Shown piece after piece: positions 46,778 through 56,685 of a DNA stretch of 64,000 nucleotides. The DNA is from Clostridia bacterium (GTDB lineage: Bacteria; Bacillota; Clostridia; TANB77; CAG-465). The translations under genes and the position numbers were made by a program. The DNA is taken from positions 4,615 to 68,614 of the forward strand of contig JAQUWH010000005.1 in the NCBI GenBank assembly GCA_028692955.1, in the 5' to 3' direction. The first letter of the stretch is position 1; each line of letters opens with the position of its first letter. The notes beneath the pieces are model-generated. The model was given only the letters and a program-made list of their open reading frames with translations, did not search any database and had not been told where the DNA came from.

Positions 46778-48150
46778 TATTTATCATCTCCAATCGGAAA
46801 TAATGCTTCAAATATAGGTACACCACCATATCTTCCATCCAAGTAAGCCTTATCTATTTTTCTGTCAAATCTTTCGTTATAATCTTCTAGTGAATATAGT
46901 TTTGTTGGCCCATTTTTTTCTCTATCAGCAAACCAAATTTCATCTCTTCTTAGTAATTCGAAATCCAAAAGTCTAGATTCATGAGTAGTCACAATTAACT
47001 GTATATTATTTCTATTATTATTTCTCAAAAATGTTTCTACAAACTTATAAGTTAGTTGTGGATGTAGACACCTATCTAATTCGTCGATAAGGTAGACTCT
47101 TGTTGTTGTATCATTTAACAAGATTTCTATCAAATCTAATACTCTTCTTGTTCCATCTGATTCTTCTGAAAATGAATATTCACCATCATTATTTATATGT
47201 TCAAATTTAATCGTTTTGATTTCTAAAGTCTCAGCACTAATTTTTTCAAATATATATAATTCATTATTTGCTCTTAAAAAAGTATTGGATTTAACATTCC
47301 TATCGCCTTGTTTAGTTGCGTCCATGTAATTTTTTTCTGTAAATTTTACCACATCATTCAAAATTTGTGATGGAATTCTGGTTGCTAATTCATCCATTTT
47401 AACTGGTTCAATCTTACACTTACTAATTCCAGTTCCAAATTTAGAAACAATCTCTGTAATTTTTTCCAAATTTTCTTCTGAAGCATAATAGGAATCGTCA
47501 ATCATTTTTCCCTCTGGTGGTATGACAACTAAGGCTTGTGAAAACCAGTTATAAATATCTCTAAAAATTACTATATTATTGTTTGCTTGATATAATGCAT
47601 CTTTGTTTCTATTCATAACAGTAAGAAACAAAACATTATCTTGATCTTGTATATCCATTGCATATATCTTCAATCTTTCTAGTGATATTTGATTATTAAA
47701 GTATTTTTCATTTAATTCTATTTCTTTATTTACTTCTCTAACAAAAATTTTATTTTCTTCCCCATTTTTATTTAATTCGTATAGCCATTCTGCTTTAATA
47801 GAATTTTTTGATAACAATACATCAAAGCCATATGAATAATATTTATCATTGATCATTATTTCAAAATCGAAAGTGGTTATTTTATCTTTGTTTTTTGAAT
47901 TAATTTTGCAATACATGTTATTAGTAAAACGAATTCCTTTAGTTATTATTCCCTGTCCAAAATCAATGGCTCTTAATAGACTAGACTTACCTGAAGCATT
48001 TGCTCCAAATAATGCTGAAAATTTTAATAATTTTAAATCATCATTAGTTTGAATATGATCTTCTTTTCCTCTAGTTCTACCAGAAATCATTGATATTTCT
48101 TGGGCATCATCAAAAGATAAAAAATTAGATATTTTAAATTTTATTAACAT
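46777..48150 (-). CDS. AAA_15/AAA_21-type (SMC/ABC-like) ATPase, AbiLi/RloA-like
   Basis: 457 aa. N-terminal FKISNFLSF, Walker A GANASGKSS, Walker B YLIDELDRCLHP and the TTHES block. Confidence 0.7.
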   Translation of the reverse strand: MLIKFKISNFLSFDDAQEISMISGRTRGKEDHIQTNDDLKLLKFSALFGANASGKSSLLRAIDFGQGIITKGIRFTNNMYCKINSKNKDKITTFDFEIMINDKYYSYGFDVLLSKNSIKAEWLYELNKNGEENKIFVREVNKEIELNEKYFNNQISLERLKIYAMDIQDQDNVLFLTVMNRNKDALYQANNNIVIFRDIYNWFSQALVVIPPEGKMIDDSYYASEENLEKITEIVSKFGTGISKCKIEPVKMDELATRIPSQILNDVVKFTEKNYMDATKQGDRNVKSNTFLRANNELYIFEKISAETLEIKTIKFEHINNDGEYSFSEESDGTRRVLDLIEILLNDTTTRVYLIDELDRCLHPQLTYKFVETFLRNNNRNNIQLIVTTHESRLLDFELLRRDEIWFADREKNGPTKLYSLEDYNERFDRKIDKAYLDGRYGGVPIFEALFPIGDDK

Positions 48151-48271
48151 ACTTTACCTTCTTTCTATTATATTATATGTGAATTTATCACTTTTGTCAA
48201 CCAATTTATCTTTGATTTCATGTCTTATTTTGTATTTTTATGGTTTTTAAGTGTTTTTTTCTCCTAAATAC

Positions 48272-48309
48272 TCAAAAAAGCGAGATGATTATATAAATCA
48301 ATCTCGCTT
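48272..48309 (-). terminator. Intrinsic terminator closing the large surface/pilus-associated locus
   Basis: Minus strand AAGCGAGAT-(14-nt loop)-ATCTCGCTT followed by TTTTTTG. Confidence 0.75.
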
Positions 48310-48324
48310 TTCTTTTACTTACTA

Positions 48325-51300
48325 TTATTCAAAATCATTAGCAGCTCTATTATCTGTATCAAATAATGCAACTGTTCCTTTGATTCTATTGTATATATCA
48401 TTGTTAGCTATCTTCCAAGTGCCATTTTCAAACTGTAAACCAAGTGAATTATTTGGCATATCAGAACCAGGAGTTGAGAATCCCATGTATCCTTCATAAT
48501 CCCATTGTGATGTATTGCCTTTACCAGTTGATTTATCATTTTGATTGTATGAAACTCGAACATCATTTAATGAATCAACACATGTTATATCAAATTTTAC
48601 TCCAATATATCCATTTGCTAATGCCTTATTTAAATCAGTTTCACCTTTTGGTAAAGCAAGTGTTGAGTTTGGTAACTTAAACTCACCATACCAAGATTGA
48701 ATGTAGTTATCATCACTTGTACTCATCATATTGTCTGTTAATTTAAATGAATTACTACCAATTCTTAATGGTTCTAATTTAGAAGACATTGAACTAATAT
48801 TTCCAGTTGATTCTACTGTTGTACCATTTCTATAACCATCATTTGGTTTAAAGTATATTGTATATCCACTTCCTGCAAATTGAACATATTTACCAGATGA
48901 TGTCTTATAATATAATTCTATATTATCATTGAATGTATTACCATCTTTTGATACATAATAGTAACTTGGTTTTATATCTATATATCTATTATTTGAACCA
49001 CCTTTTGCATATTTACCCGATGTCTTTAAATCAAAGCTGATTCTATAGCCAAGTTTTGGCGCTTGTACATAATTACTTTCTGTATGTTTGTATGGTCCAA
49101 GTGGTAATATTAATTTTGATGGAACTTTATTAATATTTGTTCTATCTGTTGTTACGTTATTACCATTTCCATAGATACGTAATTGTTTGATACCAGAGAA
49201 GTATACTGTACCAGTAATGCTATTTACTTCACCTGTTGTAGAATTAATATTTCTAAATACATTTTTAAAATTTACATCTAAGCAATCTGTTACTTCGAAA
49301 TCATATATTCTTCCTATATTAATGACATCTTGCCTTTTTTGTGCAAAATATTTTGCATCTTGTGACATATTTAATCCTAAATCAGTATGATTTTTGGTTT
49401 TATTACCATCACATGTATACTCTACTTTGGATATTTGATTATTATCAACATATTTATCAGTAGTAGAAGTAACACTAATAAGATTAAGTACTGATCCTTC
49501 AAAGTTACCTTCTGGCATATTATATGTTACACCAATAATTTTGATATGGTTACCTGCAGCGGATACAGTATCCGTTTTATCCGAACTAGATTCATCAAAT
49601 CCGCTTGTTGGTGTGGCAGTAATGGAACCACCTTTTGAAACTTTAATTTTTTCGCCTGCTTTTTTAATTTGTCCATTTGTAAGTTGAATATCAAAATCAA
49701 ATATAACATAATAGTATTTAAGATATTTTTCGGTATCCTTAATCAAATCTGAATTATATCCACCACTAGCATTTGCTTTAATTTTTGGCATTAGTGTAAA
49801 TTGAGTATTTTTCTGAATAATGCCTTGATCTTTATTAGAATGATTAACGGAATTTTCAGATTTTATCTCTGCATTACCTAGAACAAGTGGTGTATATACG
49901 TTTATTTTTGTATTATTTAATGCTGTAACTGTAGCTGTGGCTTTGCCCGCCACTTTTCCTAAATTGCTATTCTTACCATTTGCTACAACAGAAACAACAT
50001 CATAAGTAGCTCTACCAATAGGTTCTCTTAATCCGTTATATTTATTGCTTGGTACATCTAACACAGTGGTATATTCATCTTTTTTCACATTATCACCAGA
50101 TTTAACCGTTACCGTATTTAGTGGTGATTTTGTTCTTAACTCATCTCTTGATGCAGTTATTTTGCTATTGATATCTACATTATAACTTAAACCAACAGAG
50201 CCATTTCCATTTACAACACCATTTTGCGAGTTACTAGAAAAATATCTAGTACTTTCATCAGCTGTAGAATTGTCTACTCTTGCTCCTGTTAATTTATACG
50301 TATCATAAGTGTAAATATCATATTTATTTTTTCCATCATTATCAAATCCTACTAAATTATATACTAATGTATATGGTTTGTATGTTGGAGTTTCTACATA
50401 TGGTTTAATTTGTTCGCCAGCTGGTACATAAGCCACTTTACAAGTCCCGTTAGCACCTTCACTGACAGAGTTTAAATTATTACCATCTTTTTTTGGATCA
50501 ACATCTAGTTTAGGAATAATACCTGTATCATTATTTGGAGTATCAGGATCTTCTCCTGGCTTATCTGGATTAGTAGGTGTTGTTTTTGTATAATAGAAAT
50601 CGATACAATAATATTTACTGTTCCCAGTAACATATACTTGTGATTTTGGGGATGTTGTTGCATCATCTCTATTTTTCATAGCATTTCCTAACACATTATC
50701 ATAACCTACTCTATATCCTTGATAATTGTATGTAGCATTCTCATACATAACAGTTCTAGATTTATCGATTAGAATTTTATCTCTTAATCCAACAACATAG
50801 GATTCACTATAACCAGATGGAACAGATACTTTAATTTTTCTGTATCCATTAGGTACTATTTTTTTAGTATTATTATCCCAACTATCAGTCAGAGTCTGAT
50901 TTAAATTGGTTAATTTACTATCCAGTATGCTATAGTTTCCTTCACTATCTTGTACCAAATGCCTTACAAGAACAGTTTTAGGTGGTTCTTGCTTAAGTTT
51001 TACAACAATCAAGGTATTATCATTGATGTTATTATAATTTTCCTGTATATTTTCTCTCAATGTTTTGAAGCTATTAAAATTGTAATTTAATTTTGAATAC
51101 CAGTCTTTCCAATTAAGTTCTTGTTGACTTGTTGTATAACCAATTTTATTAAATACATATCCATCCAATTTAGGAATTGTGATATTTTCACCAAATTCAT
51201 TACCATCTTGATCAATTAATGTGCCATCTTTATTTAATGAAAAAGTACCAGTAATACTGTTAGCAGCTTTACTTGTTTTTCCTGTTATGTCTTCCTTAAT

Positions 51301-52338
51301 AAATTCAACAGTGTATTTTTTCCCAAATATTTCCATTGGTACATATAAATAGTTATCAAATACGTTTAAAAGTGCTGTTGTATGCAGAGCATCTCTATTA
51401 TCAGAAAGCGTATAACCACCTGTTATATCATTCTTTGGTAAGATACCATGCATATCAGCTCCCCAGTATACTCCACCTGTACTAGAGTCATAAGTTGATA
51501 CAAGGGCATTATATCCTTCAGCCGCATTATTCCACTCTTTTTTTGCATATTCAGACTTTGTTCTAGCCATTTCTGAAAACATTGTCTTGTAATATGCTTT
51601 TCCATCTATAGTTTCTTTGCTATACAATTTATCATTCGTGAATATAGTATCTTTCAAAAAGCTCTTTTTAATAGCCCATCTTGTTACTTGTGCAATACCA
51701 TTCTTTGTATCAGCTGTTTTGATAAACATGCGTCTATCTATATATACATTTTGTGTTAAATAACCAGAATCATTTCTAGCTATATTACTTTCAAATTTTG
51801 ATACTGCTATTTCCCTAGATTCCGCCAAATTATCTATCTTTTCTATTGTCGACATATCAAGCCTGTGTGTTATATTGTTATTAACCGCTTTAGAGCCAAA
51901 TGTAAGATTTAATGTTGTACCTGGATCCAAATCACTAATTTCAATTATTCTTAAATATCCACTATATGTATCATATCTTACCTTTATATCTTTTCCGGTT
52001 GGTTCATTTTCATAGCCATTTTTAGATAAATTGTCTTTATGGAATACCATTGCATAACTGTCCCATGACGACTCGCCTCCACCGCTGTTCATACTGACAT
52101 TGGTATCCCACTTTCCATATCCTATACTATTAACATAGTCTTCTTCTACACTTGGTGTTGTAATAGTATTGATATAAATATATTCTCCATCACCTGAATC
52201 TTCAGTAATATTTCCTTCAAATTTTAAACTAACTGCTTGTACATTGCTACCGATAAAGGAAAATATCATAAAGCATATAAATAATAAAGCTATATTTAAA
52301 ATTCTTCTTTTGCTATTTATAATTGTTTCTTTATTCAT
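48325..52338 (-). CDS. 1337-aa secreted protein, unknown function (no cell-wall anchor)
   Basis: Sec-type signal peptide RRILNIALLFICFMIFSFIGSNVQA. Beta-rich, Asn/Thr/Tyr-rich sequence, including a segment resembling MucBP-like adhesin modules (KYTVEFIKED...ITIPKLDGYVFNKIGY). No LPXTG motif or C-terminal TM. Confidence 0.75.
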   Translation of the reverse strand: MNKETIINSKRRILNIALLFICFMIFSFIGSNVQAVSLKFEGNITEDSGDGEYIYINTITTPSVEEDYVNSIGYGKWDTNVSMNSGGGESSWDSYAMVFHKDNLSKNGYENEPTGKDIKVRYDTYSGYLRIIEISDLDPGTTLNLTFGSKAVNNNITHRLDMSTIEKIDNLAESREIAVSKFESNIARNDSGYLTQNVYIDRRMFIKTADTKNGIAQVTRWAIKKSFLKDTIFTNDKLYSKETIDGKAYYKTMFSEMARTKSEYAKKEWNNAAEGYNALVSTYDSSTGGVYWGADMHGILPKNDITGGYTLSDNRDALHTTALLNVFDNYLYVPMEIFGKKYTVEFIKEDITGKTSKAANSITGTFSLNKDGTLIDQDGNEFGENITIPKLDGYVFNKIGYTTSQQELNWKDWYSKLNYNFNSFKTLRENIQENYNNINDNTLIVVKLKQEPPKTVLVRHLVQDSEGNYSILDSKLTNLNQTLTDSWDNNTKKIVPNGYRKIKVSVPSGYSESYVVGLRDKILIDKSRTVMYENATYNYQGYRVGYDNVLGNAMKNRDDATTSPKSQVYVTGNSKYYCIDFYYTKTTPTNPDKPGEDPDTPNNDTGIIPKLDVDPKKDGNNLNSVSEGANGTCKVAYVPAGEQIKPYVETPTYKPYTLVYNLVGFDNDGKNKYDIYTYDTYKLTGARVDNSTADESTRYFSSNSQNGVVNGNGSVGLSYNVDINSKITASRDELRTKSPLNTVTVKSGDNVKKDEYTTVLDVPSNKYNGLREPIGRATYDVVSVVANGKNSNLGKVAGKATATVTALNNTKINVYTPLVLGNAEIKSENSVNHSNKDQGIIQKNTQFTLMPKIKANASGGYNSDLIKDTEKYLKYYYVIFDFDIQLTNGQIKKAGEKIKVSKGGSITATPTSGFDESSSDKTDTVSAAGNHIKIIGVTYNMPEGNFEGSVLNLISVTSTTDKYVDNNQISKVEYTCDGNKTKNHTDLGLNMSQDAKYFAQKRQDVINIGRIYDFEVTDCLDVNFKNVFRNINSTTGEVNSITGTVYFSGIKQLRIYGNGNNVTTDRTNINKVPSKLILPLGPYKHTESNYVQAPKLGYRISFDLKTSGKYAKGGSNNRYIDIKPSYYYVSKDGNTFNDNIELYYKTSSGKYVQFAGSGYTIYFKPNDGYRNGTTVESTGNISSMSSKLEPLRIGSNSFKLTDNMMSTSDDNYIQSWYGEFKLPNSTLALPKGETDLNKALANGYIGVKFDITCVDSLNDVRVSYNQNDKSTGKGNTSQWDYEGYMGFSTPGSDMPNNSLGLQFENGTWKIANNDIYNRIKGTVALFDTDNRAANDFE

Positions 52339-53631
52339 CTATTTTCCCTCACTTTCAAGTAGATTTATTCCATAATTTTTATCTTTCAATAAAATATTTA
52401 ATAATGGCTTTTGATTTACATATACATTGTCATTGTTAAAGACAAGACCTAAAGCTACATCAGCATAGCATGTAATTGTATTACCTTCATATTTTGTATC
52501 AGCTATATCCATAAATAGTATGTTTTTATCTGTATCTGAATTCTTTATTTCAAATTCTATTTTTGTTCTTGCTCTATAACTAAATCCATTGTAATATACA
52601 ATAGGCAATTGTACTGTTGCTTTTCCAGCTAATTGTATCTTATTTGATTTTACATATTCAACATACTCTTTTACAGTATTATCATCATATAGGCCAACTA
52701 TAAAATCATTAATCTGATTTTTGAATCCTTCTTCTGTTATTGTGTTATAGTCTACATTCAATATTGCCTTATAATAATTTTCAACTCCACTTTTGATAGC
52801 AGCATATTTATTTTTGATAAGTCCATATGCCTCTTTAGGATTTTTTGCTTTATCAACTGTATCTACTGTAAATTGCGCTTCATAGATTTCCTTTGGAATA
52901 TCTTTTAGAATATATGGATAATCTGCTTTATTAGATGGTAAGTTATTTTCATCTGTCTCTATTACTCCACCAGTAATGTCTGTTATGTTATATTTTTCAT
53001 AAGCGTTGATAATTAATTCATTTAACTTTCCTTTTGTTATATCCTTATTACCATTTAATTTAGTTGATGTATTTTTAATAATACCATTTGCTAGTAAATC
53101 TCTTACTGCTTTTTGTTCAACATCAGAATATGCTTCCATATCTTTTATCTTAACATCTTTTACTTTTCCATATGTTTCATCTAACAAAGTATTTTTAGCT
53201 TTGGATAAATATCTTATCACATCGATATATGCAATTCCTTGTGTTTCATTTTCTGCAGTAATTTCATTATTTGAGACTATATTTTTATCTTTAGCATACA
53301 CAACCCATTTTTCATTGCTATATGTTTCAGTAGTTGCCATATCTGATATATCTGCTTTATCTAGTAACATGCCTATCATTACTTTAATCGCTTCAGATTT
53401 GGTTACTTTCTCTGTTGATTTAGCAGAAGTATTATCGTATAGTTTATTAAATCCGTAAGTATTCATTTTCTCTTCATTTAACTTTTCGGTCTGTCTTTCT
53501 TTAAAAGTTAGAAGAAAGATAGTAGCAAACACAACAAGTGCTATTACCACCACAGCTATTACGGCAAGTAATATCATTTTCTTTGTATTTCTAGTTTTAT
53601 TTGTTTTTTTCTCTTTCATATGACACCCCAT
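52339..53631 (-). CDS. N-terminally anchored extracytoplasmic protein, paralog A (unknown function)
   Basis: 430 aa with one N-terminal TM. Clear paralogy to the 434-aa neighbour. Its stop abuts the start of the 1337-aa gene. Confidence 0.7.
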   Translation of the reverse strand: MGCHMKEKKTNKTRNTKKMILLAVIAVVVIALVVFATIFLLTFKERQTEKLNEEKMNTYGFNKLYDNTSAKSTEKVTKSEAIKVMIGMLLDKADISDMATTETYSNEKWVVYAKDKNIVSNNEITAENETQGIAYIDVIRYLSKAKNTLLDETYGKVKDVKIKDMEAYSDVEQKAVRDLLANGIIKNTSTKLNGNKDITKGKLNELIINAYEKYNITDITGGVIETDENNLPSNKADYPYILKDIPKEIYEAQFTVDTVDKAKNPKEAYGLIKNKYAAIKSGVENYYKAILNVDYNTITEEGFKNQINDFIVGLYDDNTVKEYVEYVKSNKIQLAGKATVQLPIVYYNGFSYRARTKIEFEIKNSDTDKNILFMDIADTKYEGNTITCYADVALGLVFNNDNVYVNQKPLLNILLKDKNYGINLLESEGK

Positions 53632-53649
53632 CTTTAATTATCTATTTTG

Positions 53650-54954
53650 TTATTTTACACTTCCTGCTGTAATATTTTGTATTGGCGTTTTTACTACATA
53701 AAACATACCATACTCTTCCACAACATTTAATGGTAAATCTATGATGCTTTCTTTCTTTGTACTATCATATTTAAATGTGTTATCTGTTCCTAAATCACCT
53801 AGTAACACATTTTCCATTTTATTAGATGTTACCGTATATTCAATTTTTACTCTTACTCTATAAAGTTCTCCATCAAAGTAAATAGCTGGCATTTGTGCTT
53901 TTGCCGTACCTGTAATTTTGATATTGTTTTCTTTTACATATGCTACATATGCACTAATATCTTCGCTTGTTACTAAATCTAATGTTGCATCTGTTAAGCT
54001 TTCTTTTAATTTTGCTTCATCGGTTGTTGTATAATCAATGTTTAATATTGTATTTAAATATTGTTCAGCACAATATTTAAGTGTATTATATTTTTCTTTT
54101 ATCTTTCCATAAGTTAACTTTGCATTGTTATATTCATCTGCATCAGAGATATAATTTTCTATTTCATAGACTTCTTTGTTGATATTTGCAAGTGTATATG
54201 GATAATCAGCAATATTTTTTGGTTCTTTTGCTTTATTAATATTTACTTTTTCATCTTCTAATGTTAATGTATTGTATTTTAAAGCAAAGTTAATTACTAA
54301 CTTATTTAACTCTTGCTTTGTTAAAGTTTGTCTCCAATTATAATCCTTGTTTTCTATGATTTCATTTTTAATCATATCTTTGATTGCAAATTGTTGATCT
54401 GCTTTAAAAGATTCTAAATTTTTCACCTTTACTTCTACATCTGTATCCAAAGTTTTATTCAGTAACTTAGCTTTTGCTTTTGATAAATAAGTAAGTGCAT
54501 CGATCAAAGTTGCTTTTTCATTTTGATTTACTTTTGTTATTTCACTACTGCTAATCATTTCAAAAGATTTTGCATATTCTACCCATATTTGATTATCATA
54601 TTCTAACTTGTCCTCATAATCACTAATACCATCATAATCTGGTAGGATAGAAGTTAAGTCTACAAGTTCATCAATGTTGTTTCTATTTAAAGCTACTCCT
54701 ATTATCATTTTTAAAGATTCTGATTTTGAAACAGTTTCATTTGATTTTGTTGTTTCATTATTATATAGTTTATCAAAACCATATGAAATCATATCATTGT
54801 CATAGTTAATATTACTATTGTTTTTGTTAAAAATAAACAGTAATGCCACAACAATAATTGCAACAACAATAATGGCAATGAATAAGATGGTTATTTTTGA
54901 TTTAAACACCTTTTTCTTTTCTGTTTTTTCAATCTTTTGTTCCCCTTTTTTCAT
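53650..54954 (-). CDS. N-terminally anchored extracytoplasmic protein, paralog B (unknown function)
   Basis: 434 aa. Blocks shared with paralog A include YGF[DN]KLY[ND]N, ADYPY.L..I.KE[IV]YE and Q.P..Y[FY][DN]G..YR.R.KIE[YF]. Confidence 0.7.
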   Translation of the reverse strand: MKKGEQKIEKTEKKKVFKSKITILFIAIIVVAIIVVALLFIFNKNNSNINYDNDMISYGFDKLYNNETTKSNETVSKSESLKMIIGVALNRNNIDELVDLTSILPDYDGISDYEDKLEYDNQIWVEYAKSFEMISSSEITKVNQNEKATLIDALTYLSKAKAKLLNKTLDTDVEVKVKNLESFKADQQFAIKDMIKNEIIENKDYNWRQTLTKQELNKLVINFALKYNTLTLEDEKVNINKAKEPKNIADYPYTLANINKEVYEIENYISDADEYNNAKLTYGKIKEKYNTLKYCAEQYLNTILNIDYTTTDEAKLKESLTDATLDLVTSEDISAYVAYVKENNIKITGTAKAQMPAIYFDGELYRVRVKIEYTVTSNKMENVLLGDLGTDNTFKYDSTKKESIIDLPLNVVEEYGMFYVVKTPIQNITAGSVK

Positions 54955-54985
54955 ACTTTCACCTCAAATAAAATTATATACTTAT

Positions 54986-55014
54986 ATTATACATAATAAA
55001 TGAAAAACTAGCAA
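54986..55014 (-). promoter_or_regulatory. Sigma-A promoter for the 434/430/1337-aa unit
   Basis: The minus strand reads TTGCTA-gtttttcatttattatg(17)-TATAAT, about 30 nt upstream of GAGGTGAAAGT ATG. Confidence 0.7.
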
Positions 55015-55141
55015 GTAAATATGTATATTTTGTTAAATTTATACCCACATTTTTCCGCCTTCTTAACACAATTTTTTTGTATGTTTTTATGTTAACGGTC
55101 TGACATTCACTACTAGTTTAGCAATATCATCTTGAAGTGTA

Positions 55142-55176
55142 CAAAAAGTCTACTAACACTTATTGTTAGTAGACTC
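55142..55176 (-). terminator. Intrinsic terminator ending the pilin-like gene operon
   Basis: Perfect 12-bp stem AGTCTACTAACA / TGTTAGTAGACT, followed on the minus strand by TTTTTG. Confidence 0.65.
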
Positions 55177-55435
55177 ATTATTAAATATTTAAAATTAATT
55201 ATGGTTTATCAATTAACCAATCCAACACATTTATTTTTTTATTCCATTATATGAGGTTTCAAGATCCACATCATCTATATCTTCAAAGTTTAAAGCGTAA
55301 GGAAAAGAACCAATTGAAATGTATTTTTTATATAGCATTTCCAAACTTTTTTGCCAAGTTTTGGCACTACATACGAAAAAACTTCTCTTGCTCATATCTA
55401 CTTGATAAAAACAAAAGAAGTCTTTGATTATGATA

Positions 55436-56638
55436 TTATGGATTACATACTTTACAAGCATAGAATCCCATAAATTGTTTCATTAATAACGTTCCACTTT
55501 GATCAACTTGGCACTTTACAACCATAGAAGCTGCTTGTTGCTTTGTAATTGTGTATTCTGGTGTCATTTTTTCCTTGTTGGATACTTGATATTCTGGACA
55601 GTTCTTATCTTTATGATATAGATTCATTTTGAATTTAGAGTCTGCTGTTGGAACTGTAAAGTAGTAACGAGTTGCAAGAGTTAATCTTGTTATTCCAAAA
55701 GCTTTTGTATTTAAATATTTGTTTCCTACTGAAATACCTTGTACAAAAGCTACCAAGCCAACATTTTCAATAGAGGCATACATATCCTCTTGTGTTGTAG
55801 GTGGGAACGAGAAGCTATAGGTAATACCAGCACTTCTTGCATAAGAATTATTATTATTCGTCGCATAAGATAATTCTTTTACTACTGTATTGACAATAAT
55901 ATCTCTTCTTAAAGATGTTAGTTTATTGACTACTTCCTCTAGTAATAAAGGAGCAGTTATATCCACACCAATTAATTCTTTATTGTTATTGGAATCAGAG
56001 ATATAAAACGATTTATTCGTAGCCTCATTAAAGTTATTATACCCTAGGCCTTTGTTTGACATTCTATGGGTGATATAATCATCCATCGTAAAATCTATTT
56101 CATGAAAAGAAATAGCATTATTGCTCGTAGATATACCATCTACCATAGCATAATTACCATCTGGATTTTTTACTATTGTATAGGTATACGAATAAAATCT
56201 CTTTGGTTTTAAGGCGTGTTGCATTACTTCAGAATTTCCAGATTGATATCTCTCAATTGAAGAAACTTGAACGCCATCATAATCTATAATCGCTACAGCT
56301 GGTACAAATAATTGTAAATATTTTTCAGCAGCATCATTTCCCTTGATATCAAAATTATTATATAATGAATTAAAGAATGTATCTACTGCAATTTGTGCAT
56401 TAACACTTATTTTTTTATTTTCTGTTCCTGAATAACCATAATCTATGCTTGCATCTTCATTTTCAACTTGTTTCATTTCATTACTTGCATCAGAAACAGC
56501 AGAGTCAATGATTTGTTGATAATATATTTCCTGTTCTTGCGCCTTAATAGTAAAGGAAACATTGATATACACAACAATAATCAAAGGAAGAATTACACCA
56601 ATAAATATTAATGATAAATCTGTAATTTTCATATGCAT
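55436..56638 (-). CDS. Pilin-like N-terminus protein, 400 aa (candidate large minor subunit)
   Basis: N-terminus MHMKITDLSLIFIGVILPLIIVVYINV, then a soluble domain. Four Cys lie in the last 65 residues (NCPEY, KCQVD, ACKVCNP). Confidence 0.6.
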   Translation of the reverse strand: MHMKITDLSLIFIGVILPLIIVVYINVSFTIKAQEQEIYYQQIIDSAVSDASNEMKQVENEDASIDYGYSGTENKKISVNAQIAVDTFFNSLYNNFDIKGNDAAEKYLQLFVPAVAIIDYDGVQVSSIERYQSGNSEVMQHALKPKRFYSYTYTIVKNPDGNYAMVDGISTSNNAISFHEIDFTMDDYITHRMSNKGLGYNNFNEATNKSFYISDSNNNKELIGVDITAPLLLEEVVNKLTSLRRDIIVNTVVKELSYATNNNNSYARSAGITYSFSFPPTTQEDMYASIENVGLVAFVQGISVGNKYLNTKAFGITRLTLATRYYFTVPTADSKFKMNLYHKDKNCPEYQVSNKEKMTPEYTITKQQAASMVVKCQVDQSGTLLMKQFMGFYACKVCNP

Positions 56639-56685
56639 CTTTATAAACTATAGTAACTATAGCCTATCTCCTTTCTTCTAAAATT

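Noticed and set aside
55231-55461. 76-aa minus-strand ORF overlapping the end of the 400-aa gene, with a possible 54-aa version from an internal ATG at 55395.
   Set aside because: The long version overlaps the upstream gene by 26 nt in another frame, with no SD. The internal ATG also lacks an SD. It cannot be excluded as a small last gene of the operon, since the terminator is at 55142-55176, but support is insufficient.
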